DNA of 64,000 nucleotides from Octopus vulgaris (lineage: Eukaryota). A program made the position numbers and the translations under genes. How positions within the stretch are numbered: position 1 is the first letter of the stretch; the number at the start of each line of letters is the position of its first letter. The stretch lies in the NCBI GenBank assembly GCA_951406725.2, contig OX597827.1, positions 32,798,001 through 32,862,000 on the forward strand. The letters run 5' to 3'. This document shows positions 57,634-64,000 of the stretch, piece after piece. The notes under the pieces are model-generated. The model searched no databases, was not told where the DNA came from, and saw only the letters and a program-made list of their open reading frames with translations.

Positions 57634-59153
57634 GGAAGAATTTACAAAAAATACAAAAGATGAAGACAGGTGGTGTAGACAACAAACAGATGTATTAGTA
57701 TAACACTCGGGAAGTGAAAAAGTCTTTAACGTCTCGAGCCTACACTCTTCCACAGAAAGGAACACAGAAAGAAACAGGGAGAGAAAATAAAGAATGTGTA
57801 GTGGCTAGTGATCTATCATTGCAAATTGCTGAGACTCCCTTCCATCATGACTGACCATGGGATTGCACCTAGAAAGTTACCCTCCGAGGCACAAGTCCGG
57901 GCAAAGTTGTTTATGGAAGACCAGCAGTCGCCCATGTATACCAGTCTCCTCCCCACGCCACCAGTGTTATCCAAGAGAAGGGCAAAGGCCAGTACAGCTT
58001 GGCACCTGTGACGTCGCAACTCATTTCTGCAGCTGAGTGAACTGGAGCAACATGAAATAAAGTGTCTTGCTCAAGAACACAACACGCAGTCCAGTCCAGG
58101 ATTCAAACTCACAACCTCACAATCGTAAGCTTGACACTCTAACCACTGAGCCATATGCCTTCACAACTCAGGAGAACTAATACACATGAATGCAAATGCA
58201 GACCTTGTATTAGAAGCAAGATAAATTCTAGAAATGAAAAAAGAGAGAAGAACCCATACGTACCTGTTCAATTAGCAAATCTCGGAGTTTTAATAAAGGT
58301 AAAGTGTATTCTGCCAAAAGGTAACCTAAACCCTCACCTTTCTGGGTCATTATACCAATTCTGGGCATCCCTAAAAGACACAGAAATCAAAATATGTTAA
58401 CAAAACACTTCCAAGTTTGACATTAGTGTTTTGTTTTTTAAGTCAATGCCATGGCCCAGCATGAGCACACTCCAATAACTGAACAAATGAAAGATAAAAG
58501 ATAATTATTTTTCACCGTTTCTGAATATTTGGAAAATTTATGCAAATTAACTGAGTGAAAAGTAATCAAGCCATAGAAGAAACATCTACAGGATGGTCAC
58601 AGCCGGAATGGCTCTGATTGCAGGTCTGTCACATCTGAGTAATACAGTCTTGGCTATACTACAGACAAAAATTCTCATAAGGAAGAAGCTTTGACCACAG
58701 CTGACCATGGACTAAATAACAACAATATTATTATTTACATTATTTACATTTGACGGATATTTATCCTCATCTTGTTTGTTGTTACCACAACGTTTTGGCT
58801 GATATACTCTCCAGCCTTCATCAGGTGTCCTGGTGGAATTTTGTACCACAAATAATAGACAGAGAACACCAATGGGAAATCTGAAAACTAAAAGAAGCAG
58901 CACATATATGCTAGGACACAACAACCTCTTAAGCAGACACAGTGCAGATATGAGTAGAATATGGGAACCAGTATTAAGGAAGGATACAAAAATATTAGGT
59001 TTATAAGCCCTAAAATTCACTATATAATTGGCCACAGGCATATAGCGTAATAGTTAAGAGCGTGGGCTACTAACCCCAATATTCCAAATTCAATTCCAGG
59101 CAATGCCTTGAATAAAAAAATAAATAAATAATGATAATGATAATAATGACAAC

Positions 59154-59199
<46 letters not shown>

Positions 59200-59492
59200 T
59201 CAGCAAAAAATATACCTTAGGAATGAGAACTCAGAGTTGGGTTAAAAATTCTACCAGGACACCTGATGAAGGCTGGAGAATAAACCAGCCGAAATGTGGT
59301 AACAATAAACAAGATGAGGACACATATTTGTTCAATGTAAATAAAGTACAGAATTCCTCATTTCTAAACCAACAATAATAACCCAATGCAATCGAGAACT
59401 TACCAAAATATCTTTCAATATAAACACAAGCATCTTCTGAAATGATTTCTTCGATAGGAACATCTTTTTCTTGTTCAATTAATACTGGCCAT
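2784..59492 (-). CDS. Spliced gene (17 coding exons, 5' end unresolved): tandem ubiquitin-like repeats + TIR + TIR-like + SLOG protein, about 768 aa in window
   Basis: Exons 59404-59492, 58264-58370, 56757-56950, 53681-53849, 51083-51208, 48085-48211, 46066-46217, 43302-43421, 41570-41660, 40236-40348, 37084-37185, 34403-34522, 30696-30787, 29133-29301, 27319-27460, 23807-23916, 2784-3068. All internal junctions are GT-AG with compatible phases; the total is 2308 nt = 1 + 769 codons ending in TGA, with no internal stop. Confidence 0.9.
3955..4372 (+). mobile_element. Short non-autonomous RTE-derived element (5' leader joined to 3' tail)
   Basis: Starts with the RTE-like leader gcatgcctcaatgatccaggga...ctcccatactggatagatcaagggatagggg and ends ggcctatattccttagggagaaaagggtttaagtaagta; recognised by pattern only. 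Confidence 0.5.
4399..4700. mobile_element. Penelope-type terminal-repeat element with two inverted minimal hammerhead motifs around (ATT)n
   Basis: Plus strand 4599-4644 reads gacac-CTGATGA-aggctg..tcaggt-GAAACGTT-gtgtt; the reverse-complement copy is at 4427-4470. Confidence 0.75.
4960..5930 (+). pseudogene. Degraded RTE-type LINE RT fragment
   Basis: Homologous to 12990-13760 ([37 protein letters not shown]) with many stops and frameshifts. Confidence 0.85.
6371..6715 (+). mobile_element. tRNA-derived SINE with internal (AT)n; abundant family (other copies about 16405-16820, 16857-17330, 48965-49385)
   Basis: A-box-like tggctgtttggt and B-box gttcaatccc; the shared body gcaagtgtcttctactatagcc...ggaaactgaaagaagcc recurs many times. 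Confidence 0.8.
8585..8629 (+). ncRNA. Minimal type I hammerhead ribozyme motif
   Basis: Stem I tctgtg/cacaga, core CTGATGA, stem II gag-aaataa-ctc, GAAA, short stem III t-cgca-a, ATA cleavage triplet. Confidence 0.65.
8750..9640 (+). mobile_element. Degraded 3' end of an L1/Tx1-like LINE (zf-RVT cysteine region)
   Basis: [20 protein letters not shown]...PTCLR...[11 protein letters not shown] remnant (CxxC...ET..H...C pattern) with stops. Confidence 0.6.
9655..10170 (+). mobile_element. Two tandem SINE copies separated by (ATT)/(AGT)n; the family recurs about 15860-16220, 28245-28630, 49700-50150, 62790-63020
   Basis: Shared ggcagtga.ctg.c.gaatc...ttcaaattc...ctttgcctttcatcctt..ggg.tcgataaa.taagtaccag. 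Confidence 0.75.
11940..12510 (+). mobile_element. Second copy of the deleted mariner family
   Basis: Colinear with 607-1157; [19 protein letters not shown]; degenerate TIRs. Confidence 0.78.
12990..14760 (+). mobile_element. RTE-type LINE, 5'-truncated RT with PHD-like zinc finger; one frameshift (about 13570) and one stop (14247)
   Basis: [55 protein letters not shown]...CTKC..W.HKRC...[21 protein letters not shown]. Confidence 0.95.
17330..17625. repeat. (AT)n/(ATAC)n microsatellite
   Basis: Direct inspection. Confidence 0.98.
17713..17747 (+). ncRNA. Minimal hammerhead-like motif in a Penelope-type terminal repeat fragment (17635-17835)
   Basis: gttt-CTGACGA-agagctcccttc-GAAACGTT-aaat; the flanks resemble 32330-32495. 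Confidence 0.55.
17836..19745. repeat. About 1.9 kb compound (AT)n/(ATAC)n/(ATGT)n microsatellite
   Basis: Direct inspection; this tract is the source of the long YI-repeat pseudo-ORFs. Confidence 0.99.
20685..21055. repeat. Degenerate minisatellite (gcactggtgccacataaaaat-like unit) inside a SINE-related repeat
   Basis: Repeated cactggtgc/cacataaaaatg blocks. Confidence 0.85.
21560..21900 (-). mobile_element. tRNA-like-head SINE family; copies also 35800-36105(-), 56081-56390(+), 60685-61060(+), 61118-61497(+)
   Basis: Head ggcccagtggttagggcagc...gtttcgattccc with a ctcgc loop in some copies (Arg-TCG-like); shared body aaaacacctaaagctcc... Confidence 0.78.
23275..23520. repeat. (TATG)n and (AT)/(GT)n microsatellite
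   Basis: Direct inspection. Confidence 0.97.
23807..23916 (-). CDS. Exon 16: SLOG ([37 protein letters not shown])
   Basis: cctgtgacag acceptor, gtgaga donor, phase 1 to 0; occupies the position of the GGxGTxxE motif, followed by a VIPV strand. Confidence 0.88.
25318..25562 (-). mobile_element. tRNA-head + (AAT)n + hammerhead-tail repeat
   Basis: Minus strand reads tggcatagtggttaagagcacgggctactaactccaagattctgagttcgattccaggc...(aat)n...cacCTGATGAaggctgg...cagccga; colinear with 59035-59350. Confidence 0.75.
27319..27460 (-). CDS. Exon 15: SLOG ([47 protein letters not shown])
   Basis: gtttttag acceptor, gtttgt donor, phase 0 to 1; conserved SLOG helix Arg (QRD) followed by a hydrophobic strand. 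Confidence 0.88.
27745..28140 (+). repeat. About 60-bp minisatellite expansion within a SINE-related repeat, located between exons 14 and 15
   Basis: About 6 copies of tgccaccggcacgggggccagg...gcaacggccacgaacggatggtgctttttac. Confidence 0.9.
29133..29301 (-). CDS. Exon 14: SLOG ([56 protein letters not shown])
   Basis: ttttccag acceptor, gtagga donor, phase 2 to 0; matches the SLOG pattern IGxxLA...LV(T/S)GGxxG...V..ILP. Confidence 0.9.
30170..30475. repeat. Inverted-repeat element with a hammerhead-like core on the minus strand
   Basis: Arms ...gcaaaaatccaacatattctcttaca / tgtaagagaatatgttggatttttgc...; the interior minus strand reads CTGAAGA...GAAACAGCTGTA. Confidence 0.65.
30696..30787 (-). 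CDS. Exon 13: SLOG start ([30 protein letters not shown])
   Basis: ttctttttag acceptor, gtaagt donor, phase 0 to 2; fills the phase gap between exons 12 and 14 exactly. Confidence 0.87.
32270..33995 (+). mobile_element. Penelope-like retroelement: terminal repeat with hammerhead-like motif (32374-32409), then RT fragment; no GIY-YIG domain seen
   Basis: [23 protein letters not shown]...[58 protein letters not shown]; in-frame stops at 32569 and 33823. Confidence 0.93.
34403..34522 (-). CDS. Exon 12 ([40 protein letters not shown])
   Basis: ttgttccag acceptor, gtgagt donor, phase 0 to 0. Confidence 0.87.
37084..37185 (-). CDS. Exon 11: TIR2 C-terminal part ([34 protein letters not shown])
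   Basis: Poly-T with acag acceptor, gtaagt donor, phase 0 to 0. Confidence 0.9.
40236..40348 (-). CDS. Exon 10: TIR2 ([38 protein letters not shown])
   Basis: ctttgtag acceptor, gtaagc donor, phase 1 to 0; IFVLSxxYxxSxxCxxQ, i.e. TIR betaC/alphaC with Gln at the Glu site. Confidence 0.92.
40953..41227. repeat. Foldback element (arms of about 125 bp)
   Basis: gatggtttgttgctgacttaatgtggcagtcccaggaaaggg... / ...ccctttcctgggactgccacattaagtcaacaacaaaccatc. Confidence 0.9.
41570..41660 (-). CDS. Exon 9: TIR2 ([30 protein letters not shown])
   Basis: tttttatag acceptor, gtaaat donor, phase 0 to 1; LxxxLExxGxxVW TIR pattern. Confidence 0.9.
43302..43421 (-). CDS. Exon 8: linker and TIR2 start ([40 protein letters not shown])
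   Basis: ttccacag acceptor, gtaagt donor, phase 0 to 0. Confidence 0.85.
45620..46032 (+). repeat. 20-bp minisatellite, about 20 copies (cacctgtgcctgttaagtga)
   Basis: Direct inspection; begins at the 5' end of a minus-strand SINE. Confidence 0.95.
46066..46217 (-). CDS. Exon 7: inter-TIR linker ([50 protein letters not shown])
   Basis: Long pyrimidine tract with tttag acceptor, gtaaac donor, phase 1 to 0. Confidence 0.85.
46715..46940. mobile_element. Inverted pair of Penelope-type hammerhead repeats
   Basis: Minus strand gacac-CTGAAGA-aggct..agcc-GAAATGTA-gtg at about 46760-46805; a degenerate plus-strand copy lies at about 46850-46895. Confidence 0.65.
47655..48075. repeat. (GACA)n-rich tandem duplication (unit about 180 bp) abutting the exon 6 donor
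   Basis: ggacgaacagtgagac.gatgga.gaagagtgaaactgaca... occurs twice. Confidence 0.8.
48085..48211 (-). CDS. Exon 6: TIR1 C-terminal part ([42 protein letters not shown])
   Basis: ttatttcag acceptor, gtaagt donor, phase 0 to 1; AxxxGKx(I/M)LPI TIR betaD pattern. Confidence 0.93.
51083..51208 (-). CDS. Exon 5: TIR1 core ([42 protein letters not shown])
   Basis: tgccag acceptor, gtaaat donor, phase 0 to 0; BB-loop (IxxGxxW), betaC, and alphaC WxxxE with the catalytic-position Glu. Confidence 0.95.
53681..53849 (-). CDS. Exon 4: linker and TIR1 start ([32 protein letters not shown])
   Basis: gtttttag acceptor, gtaaga donor, phase 2 to 0; TIR betaA ISYxR motif. Confidence 0.93.
54885..55180 (-). 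mobile_element. 3' fragment of the RTE-type LINE
   Basis: The reverse complement matches 14390-14680 ([12 protein letters not shown]...WYGHV.RMDE...[16 protein letters not shown]). Confidence 0.88.
55535..55990. repeat. MITE/foldback element with long terminal inverted repeats
   Basis: caggggattgttttccttcggctat...gttatcttgtgagttccaat / attggaactcacaagataac...atagccgaagggagacaatcccctg. Confidence 0.85.
56757..56950 (-). CDS. Exon 3 ([45 protein letters not shown]...PSRKRK), ubiquitin-like repeat 2, C-half
   Basis: ttttgacag acceptor, gtgagt donor, phase 0 to 2; open for 64 codons. Confidence 0.87.
58264..58370 (-). CDS. Exon 2 ([36 protein letters not shown]), ubiquitin-like repeat 2, N-half
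   Basis: tcttttag acceptor, gtacgt donor, phase 1 to 0; bridges exons 1 and 3 in frame. Confidence 0.85.
58725..59360 (+). mobile_element. tRNA-head + (AAT)n + hammerhead-tail repeat (59035-59350) preceded by an inverted copy of its 3' end (58725-58842)
   Basis: Same modules as 25318-25562 and 4399-4700; CTGATGA at 59263-59269. Confidence 0.75.
59404..59492 (-). CDS. Exon 1 in window: end of ubiquitin-like repeat 1 ([29 protein letters not shown])
   Basis: tttacag acceptor, gtaagt donor, phase 2 to 1; resembles the [17 protein letters not shown] segment of exon 3. Confidence 0.85.
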
Positions 59493-62400
59493 CTGTAAAT
59501 AGAGGAAAGAGAGAGAGAGGGGTAATAGGGAAAGACTCATGTTGTGAATTGAGGGAATATGCTGCTTGCTGAGTTGCTAAGAGCACCAGACAAACAGTCA
59601 AAGAGATCAGGAGTTTAAATCTTGTCAATGGCATTAAATCAAATCCAAAGGTATATTCTCAAGAAGCTGTTAGTAGCTTTTAAGTAGATGTACCTAGTGG
59701 TCAACTAGAGGTACCTAGCTCTGAAGTTGGGGTACCTAGCTTTGATGTAGAAGTACTTATACCATCATCATTTTCCATGCTTGCAGGAGTCGGGTGGAAT
59801 TTGTTGAGGCAGACTTTCTTTCACCAAATACCTTTCCTGTTGCCATCTCTCACCTGTTTCCAAGCAAGGTAAATATTTCTCCAATGCCAAACATGTTTTC
59901 CATGGGAGACAGGAAACAAATGACATCACTTGTATGACAGAAACACTTGTTTAGAACCATCATGTCAAGACAAGGACACACACACATATGTATATGTGTA
60001 TAAATATGTGTGCATATGTATGTGTATATACATACACACACACATTATGAGCTTTTGGTTTCAGTTAACCAAATTCACTCACAAAACTTGTCAGCCAGTA
60101 CATAACAAGCAACCATGCTGGCATCAGATAAAAAGCACCCAGTGCACTCTGTCAAGTGGGTGGTGTTATGAAGGGCATCCAGCCAAAGAAGCCATGACAA
60201 AACAGAGCTGGACCCTGATGCAACCCTCCAGCCAGCCACCTCCTATTAAACTGCCCAACCCAGAAAATGGATGTTAAACGATGATGGTGATGATTTTTTT
60301 TATTCATTTAGTCATTAGACTACGGCCATGCTGAAGCACTGCCTTGAGGGGTTTTAGTCAAATGAATTGACCCCAGGACTTATTTTATTTAAAAGTTTGG
60401 TATTCATTCTATTGGTCTTTTCTGATGATTCACCAAGTTATGGGAATCTAAACAAACCAACACAAGTTATCAAGCGGTGGTGGTGGAGAATAAACACAGA
60501 CACAAACCCACACACACACACACATAACAAGCTTCTTTCAGTTTCCATCTACTAAGTCACCTTACATGGCTTTGGCTAGCCTGAGGCTAAAGTAGAAGAT
60601 ACTTGACCACAGTACTGAACAGTAGGACTGAACTCACCACAACCCACGCCTGTGCGTGTATTATATTACAAAAGTATTATATATTAATGGCCCAGTGGTT
60701 AGGGCAGTGTACTCGCAGTCATAGGATCGTGGTTTCAATTCCCAGACCGGGCATTGTGAGTGTTTATTGAGCGAAAACACCTAAAGCTCCATGTGGTTCT
60801 TGCAGTGGGTGGTGGCAAACCCTGCTGTATTCTTTCACCACAACTTTCTCTCACTCATACTTCCTGTTTCTGTTGTACCTGGATTTCAAAGGGGCCAGCC
60901 TTGTCCCACTCTGTGTCATGCTGAATCTCTTTGAGAACTATGTTAAGGGTACACGTGTCTGTGGAGTGCTCAGCCACTTGCACGTTAATTTCTCAAGCAG
61001 GCTGCTCCATAGATCAGATCAATTGTAACCCTCGTTGTCATAACTGACGGAGTGCTGTAGTAGTACATATGTATATATAACATACATATCTATATTGTAC
61101 GTATATATTGTACATATGTAGAGGTGCAATAGCCTAGTGGTTAGAGCAGCAGGCTCACAGTCATAAGATCACGGTTTCAATTCCTAGACCGGGCATTGTG
61201 AGTGTTTATTGAGTAAAAACACTTAAAGCTCCATGTGGTTCTTGCAGGGGGGGGGCGAACCCTGCTGTATTCTTTCACCACAACTTGATCTCACTCTTTC
61301 TTCCTGTTTCTGTTGTACCTGTATTTCAAAGGGACAGCATTATCACACTCTGTGTCATGCTGAATCTCTCCAAGAACTACGTTAAGGGTACACTTGTCTG
61401 TGGAGTACTCAGCCACTTGCACATTAATTTCACGAGTAGGCTGCTCCATTGATTGGATCAACTGGAACCCTCATCGTTGTAACCAACGGAGTGCCATGAT
61501 CATAATTTATAGATTTTTATCAAGAAAACAACTCCTCAATAATCGAATAAGATTAAAAATTTATGAATGAAAACTGAATAATACAGAAACCAAGAAAAGT
61601 GAAAGAACAACATTTAAGGAAGAAAAAAAAGTGAAGGATTTAACTCATTTGATTCCAAATCACCAAAGACTACCTTGGTTCTATGATACAAAGTTCCTGC
61701 TTTAAAATGAGTGAAATTTAAATTATTGTCAGGTCACTCTTGAGTGCCACTGGTAACATGTAACCCAGTACAACCTGTTGCATGGTCAGGTCATTGGCGA
61801 CTAAACTGGTGACCTCCATCAAGCTTGCTTGGTGAGGAGGGTGATTGTTGGACACCCTGTGGGACAAAACATAAAACCCGTCAAAGGGTAGAAGAACTAT
61901 TGTGTAGTCAACAGCCAATTCAACAAGTACCTTGTCGCGGTGACGTCCCTGTGTGCTCCATTGACCAGGAGAGCTATGCTGGAGGAAGAGAAACCTTCAG
62001 GCAGGTCTTACCAGGCCAAACAGGTCGAAGGGTAGGAGACAGAAAAATCAAAGCATCGGCAGCAGGGCGTGGATTTAGTTATCAGCAGGACCTAACAGAT
62101 CAGATTCCTGGCTTTGAACTAACAGGATGTCATGCAGAGGATCTTGAATGCAAGACAATGGATGAGACCCTAATATTCCTAGTTAAATGGAAACTGCAGG
62201 ACCACATGGAGCAGTGCCCGTGACTCCTATAATATGTGCAACCGAAACCCCTGGAAGGGGGCAGCCTATGGGAAGACCTAGATGAGATTAAATTTTCCAT
62301 CAAAATTTCTATTAGTTTATGTTCAAAGCACCAGCTTAGTAATTACAAGGTCATTTTATTAAATTCTTCCTTGTTTCCAAAATTAATCGAAACAAAAATA

Positions 62401-62497
62401 GTGTTATTCCAACAGGAACATGGTAACAAAAGGTTTTTAAATAATTTGTATAGAATATGAGGGTGTGTCTTATATAGTATTGAGTTGTTTGTCTTAC

Positions 62498-62537
62498 ATA
62501 ACAACCATAGCAATATTGTTGATTTTGTCTGAGGATA
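62498..62537 (-). other. Candidate additional upstream 40-nt exon
   Basis: ttttgtttttag acceptor and gtaaga donor; one frame (SSDKINNIAMVV-I) joins exon 59492 in phase, but the peptide has no recognisable motif. Confidence 0.35.
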
Positions 62538-63641
62538 CTAAAAACAAAATAATAATAATAATAATAATGATAATAATAAATTGTGTGAAATGATTCAGAT
62601 ATTGGAAGAAAAGGAAGATAATGAAAGCAAAGAAGAGTATAAACCAAATGAAGAAGATATACGTTAATGAATTAACTCCCTTTGGTTTATATAATGCTAC
62701 CATAGATTTATTATGCAAAATGGTCAACATAGAAAATAAGTTCTGGATCCTGGCAACCACTTTATTGGGAAAATAGATAGTATATATAGATATATTTCTT
62801 TATTGCCCACAAGGAGCTAAACATAGAGGGGACAAAGACAAACAAAGTGATTAAGTCGATTACATTGACTCCAGTGCGTAACTGGTACTTTATTTATCGA
62901 CCCCGAAAGGATGAAAGACAAAGTGGACCTCGGCGGAATTTGAACTCAGAACGTAACAGCAGACGAAATACCGCTATGCATTTTGCCCAGCATGCTAACG
63001 TTTCTGCCAGCTCGCCAGTATATATATCATCACCATCATTACTATTATTAATCATCATCATCATTACATCATCGTTTAACGTCCGTTCTCCATGCTAGCA
63101 TGGGTTGGACGGTTCGACTGGGGATCTGAGAAGCCAGAAGGCTGCACCAGGCTCCAGTCTGATCTGGCAGTGTTTCTACAGCTAGATGCCCTTCCTAACG
63201 CCAACCACTCCATGAGTGTAGTGGGTGCTTTTTACGTGCCACCTGCACAGGTGCCAGGTGAGGCTGGCAATGGCCACGATTGGATTGGTGCATTTTATGT
63301 GCCACCGGCACAGAAGCCAGTCAAGGCAATTATTATTATTTGATGTCTGTTTTCCATGCTGCCATGGGTTAGCAAGTTGACCAGAGCTGGTAAGGTCAGG
63401 GGCCACACCAAGCTCCAACGGCTGCTCTGGCTGGTTTCTACAGCTGAATGCCCTCCCTAACGCCAAACACTCCACAGAGTGTATTAGGTGCTTTTTATGT
63501 GTCACAGCACCAATATTTTTGATGTGACACCAGCCATATGTGTGTGTGTGTGTGTGCGTGTCTGTGTGCACGCACAATGGAAATGAGATGGTGAATGTTC
63601 AATGCTGCAAACAAAAATCAAACAGCATTTCAACTCTGTTT

Positions 63642-63678
<37 letters not shown>

Positions 63679-64000
63679 CGCATGTGTGTGTGTACAAGGA
63701 AAGTATGTGAATGTTTGTATGTGTGATTATGATGTACCTTATTTATATATAGAACACTACAATTTATGATGGCACAGGGTCAGCTAGTGTTGTAATAATT
63801 CTGCCAGTTCACCACCTTATTGAGCATAATCCTTTTGTTACCATTCGTCGGTTGCTTTTGTTTCAATTAATTTTGAAAATAATTAAGGATTTAGTAAAAT
63901 AACTTGGTCATTATTTAAGTGTATGGAACAAATTAAATTGAAATTTTGATGGACAGTATCACAGAACCAGAGCCTGTCTCAGGAGCACCAGTATCAAAGG

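Noticed and set aside
59035-59105. Functional tRNA gene (also other tRNA-like heads such as 25495-25560 and 56085-56150)
   Set aside because: Acceptor stems are poor and each head continues into a repeat body, so these are SINE heads.
2784-59492. Calling the gene a Toll-like receptor, MyD88 or SARM1
   Set aside because: No LRR, transmembrane, death or ARM/SAM region in the visible part, and the TIRs are central and followed by SLOG.
61825-62223. 132-aa plus-strand ORF as a gene
   Set aside because: No recognisable motif or splice context; the sequence resembles a retroelement leader.

Overview
This is AT-rich, repeat-dense animal genomic DNA. The SINE/LINE content suggests a coleoid cephalopod such as Octopus (inference from repeats only). 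Most supplied ORFs are microsatellite or repeat artefacts. The main content is one minus-strand gene spanning nearly the whole window, assembled by hand from 17 GT-AG exons (59492 to 2784). All splice phases agree, giving an open frame of about 768 aa with the 5' end not resolved. Its architecture is two tandem ubiquitin-like repeats, a TIR domain with the catalytic Glu, a second TIR with Gln at that position, a SLOG (SMF/DprA-LOG) domain with degenerate glycine motifs, and a short tail. TIR plus SLOG is the signal-maker/sensor pairing of bacterial Thoeris defence, here fused in one intron-rich animal protein. The introns hold an RTE-type LINE, a Penelope-like RT, mariner-derived elements, many tRNA-derived SINEs, foldback elements, micro/minisatellites and several minimal hammerhead ribozyme motifs. 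One recurrent repeat joins a tRNA-like head to a hammerhead tail. Domain calls are by motif recognition only; no searches were run.
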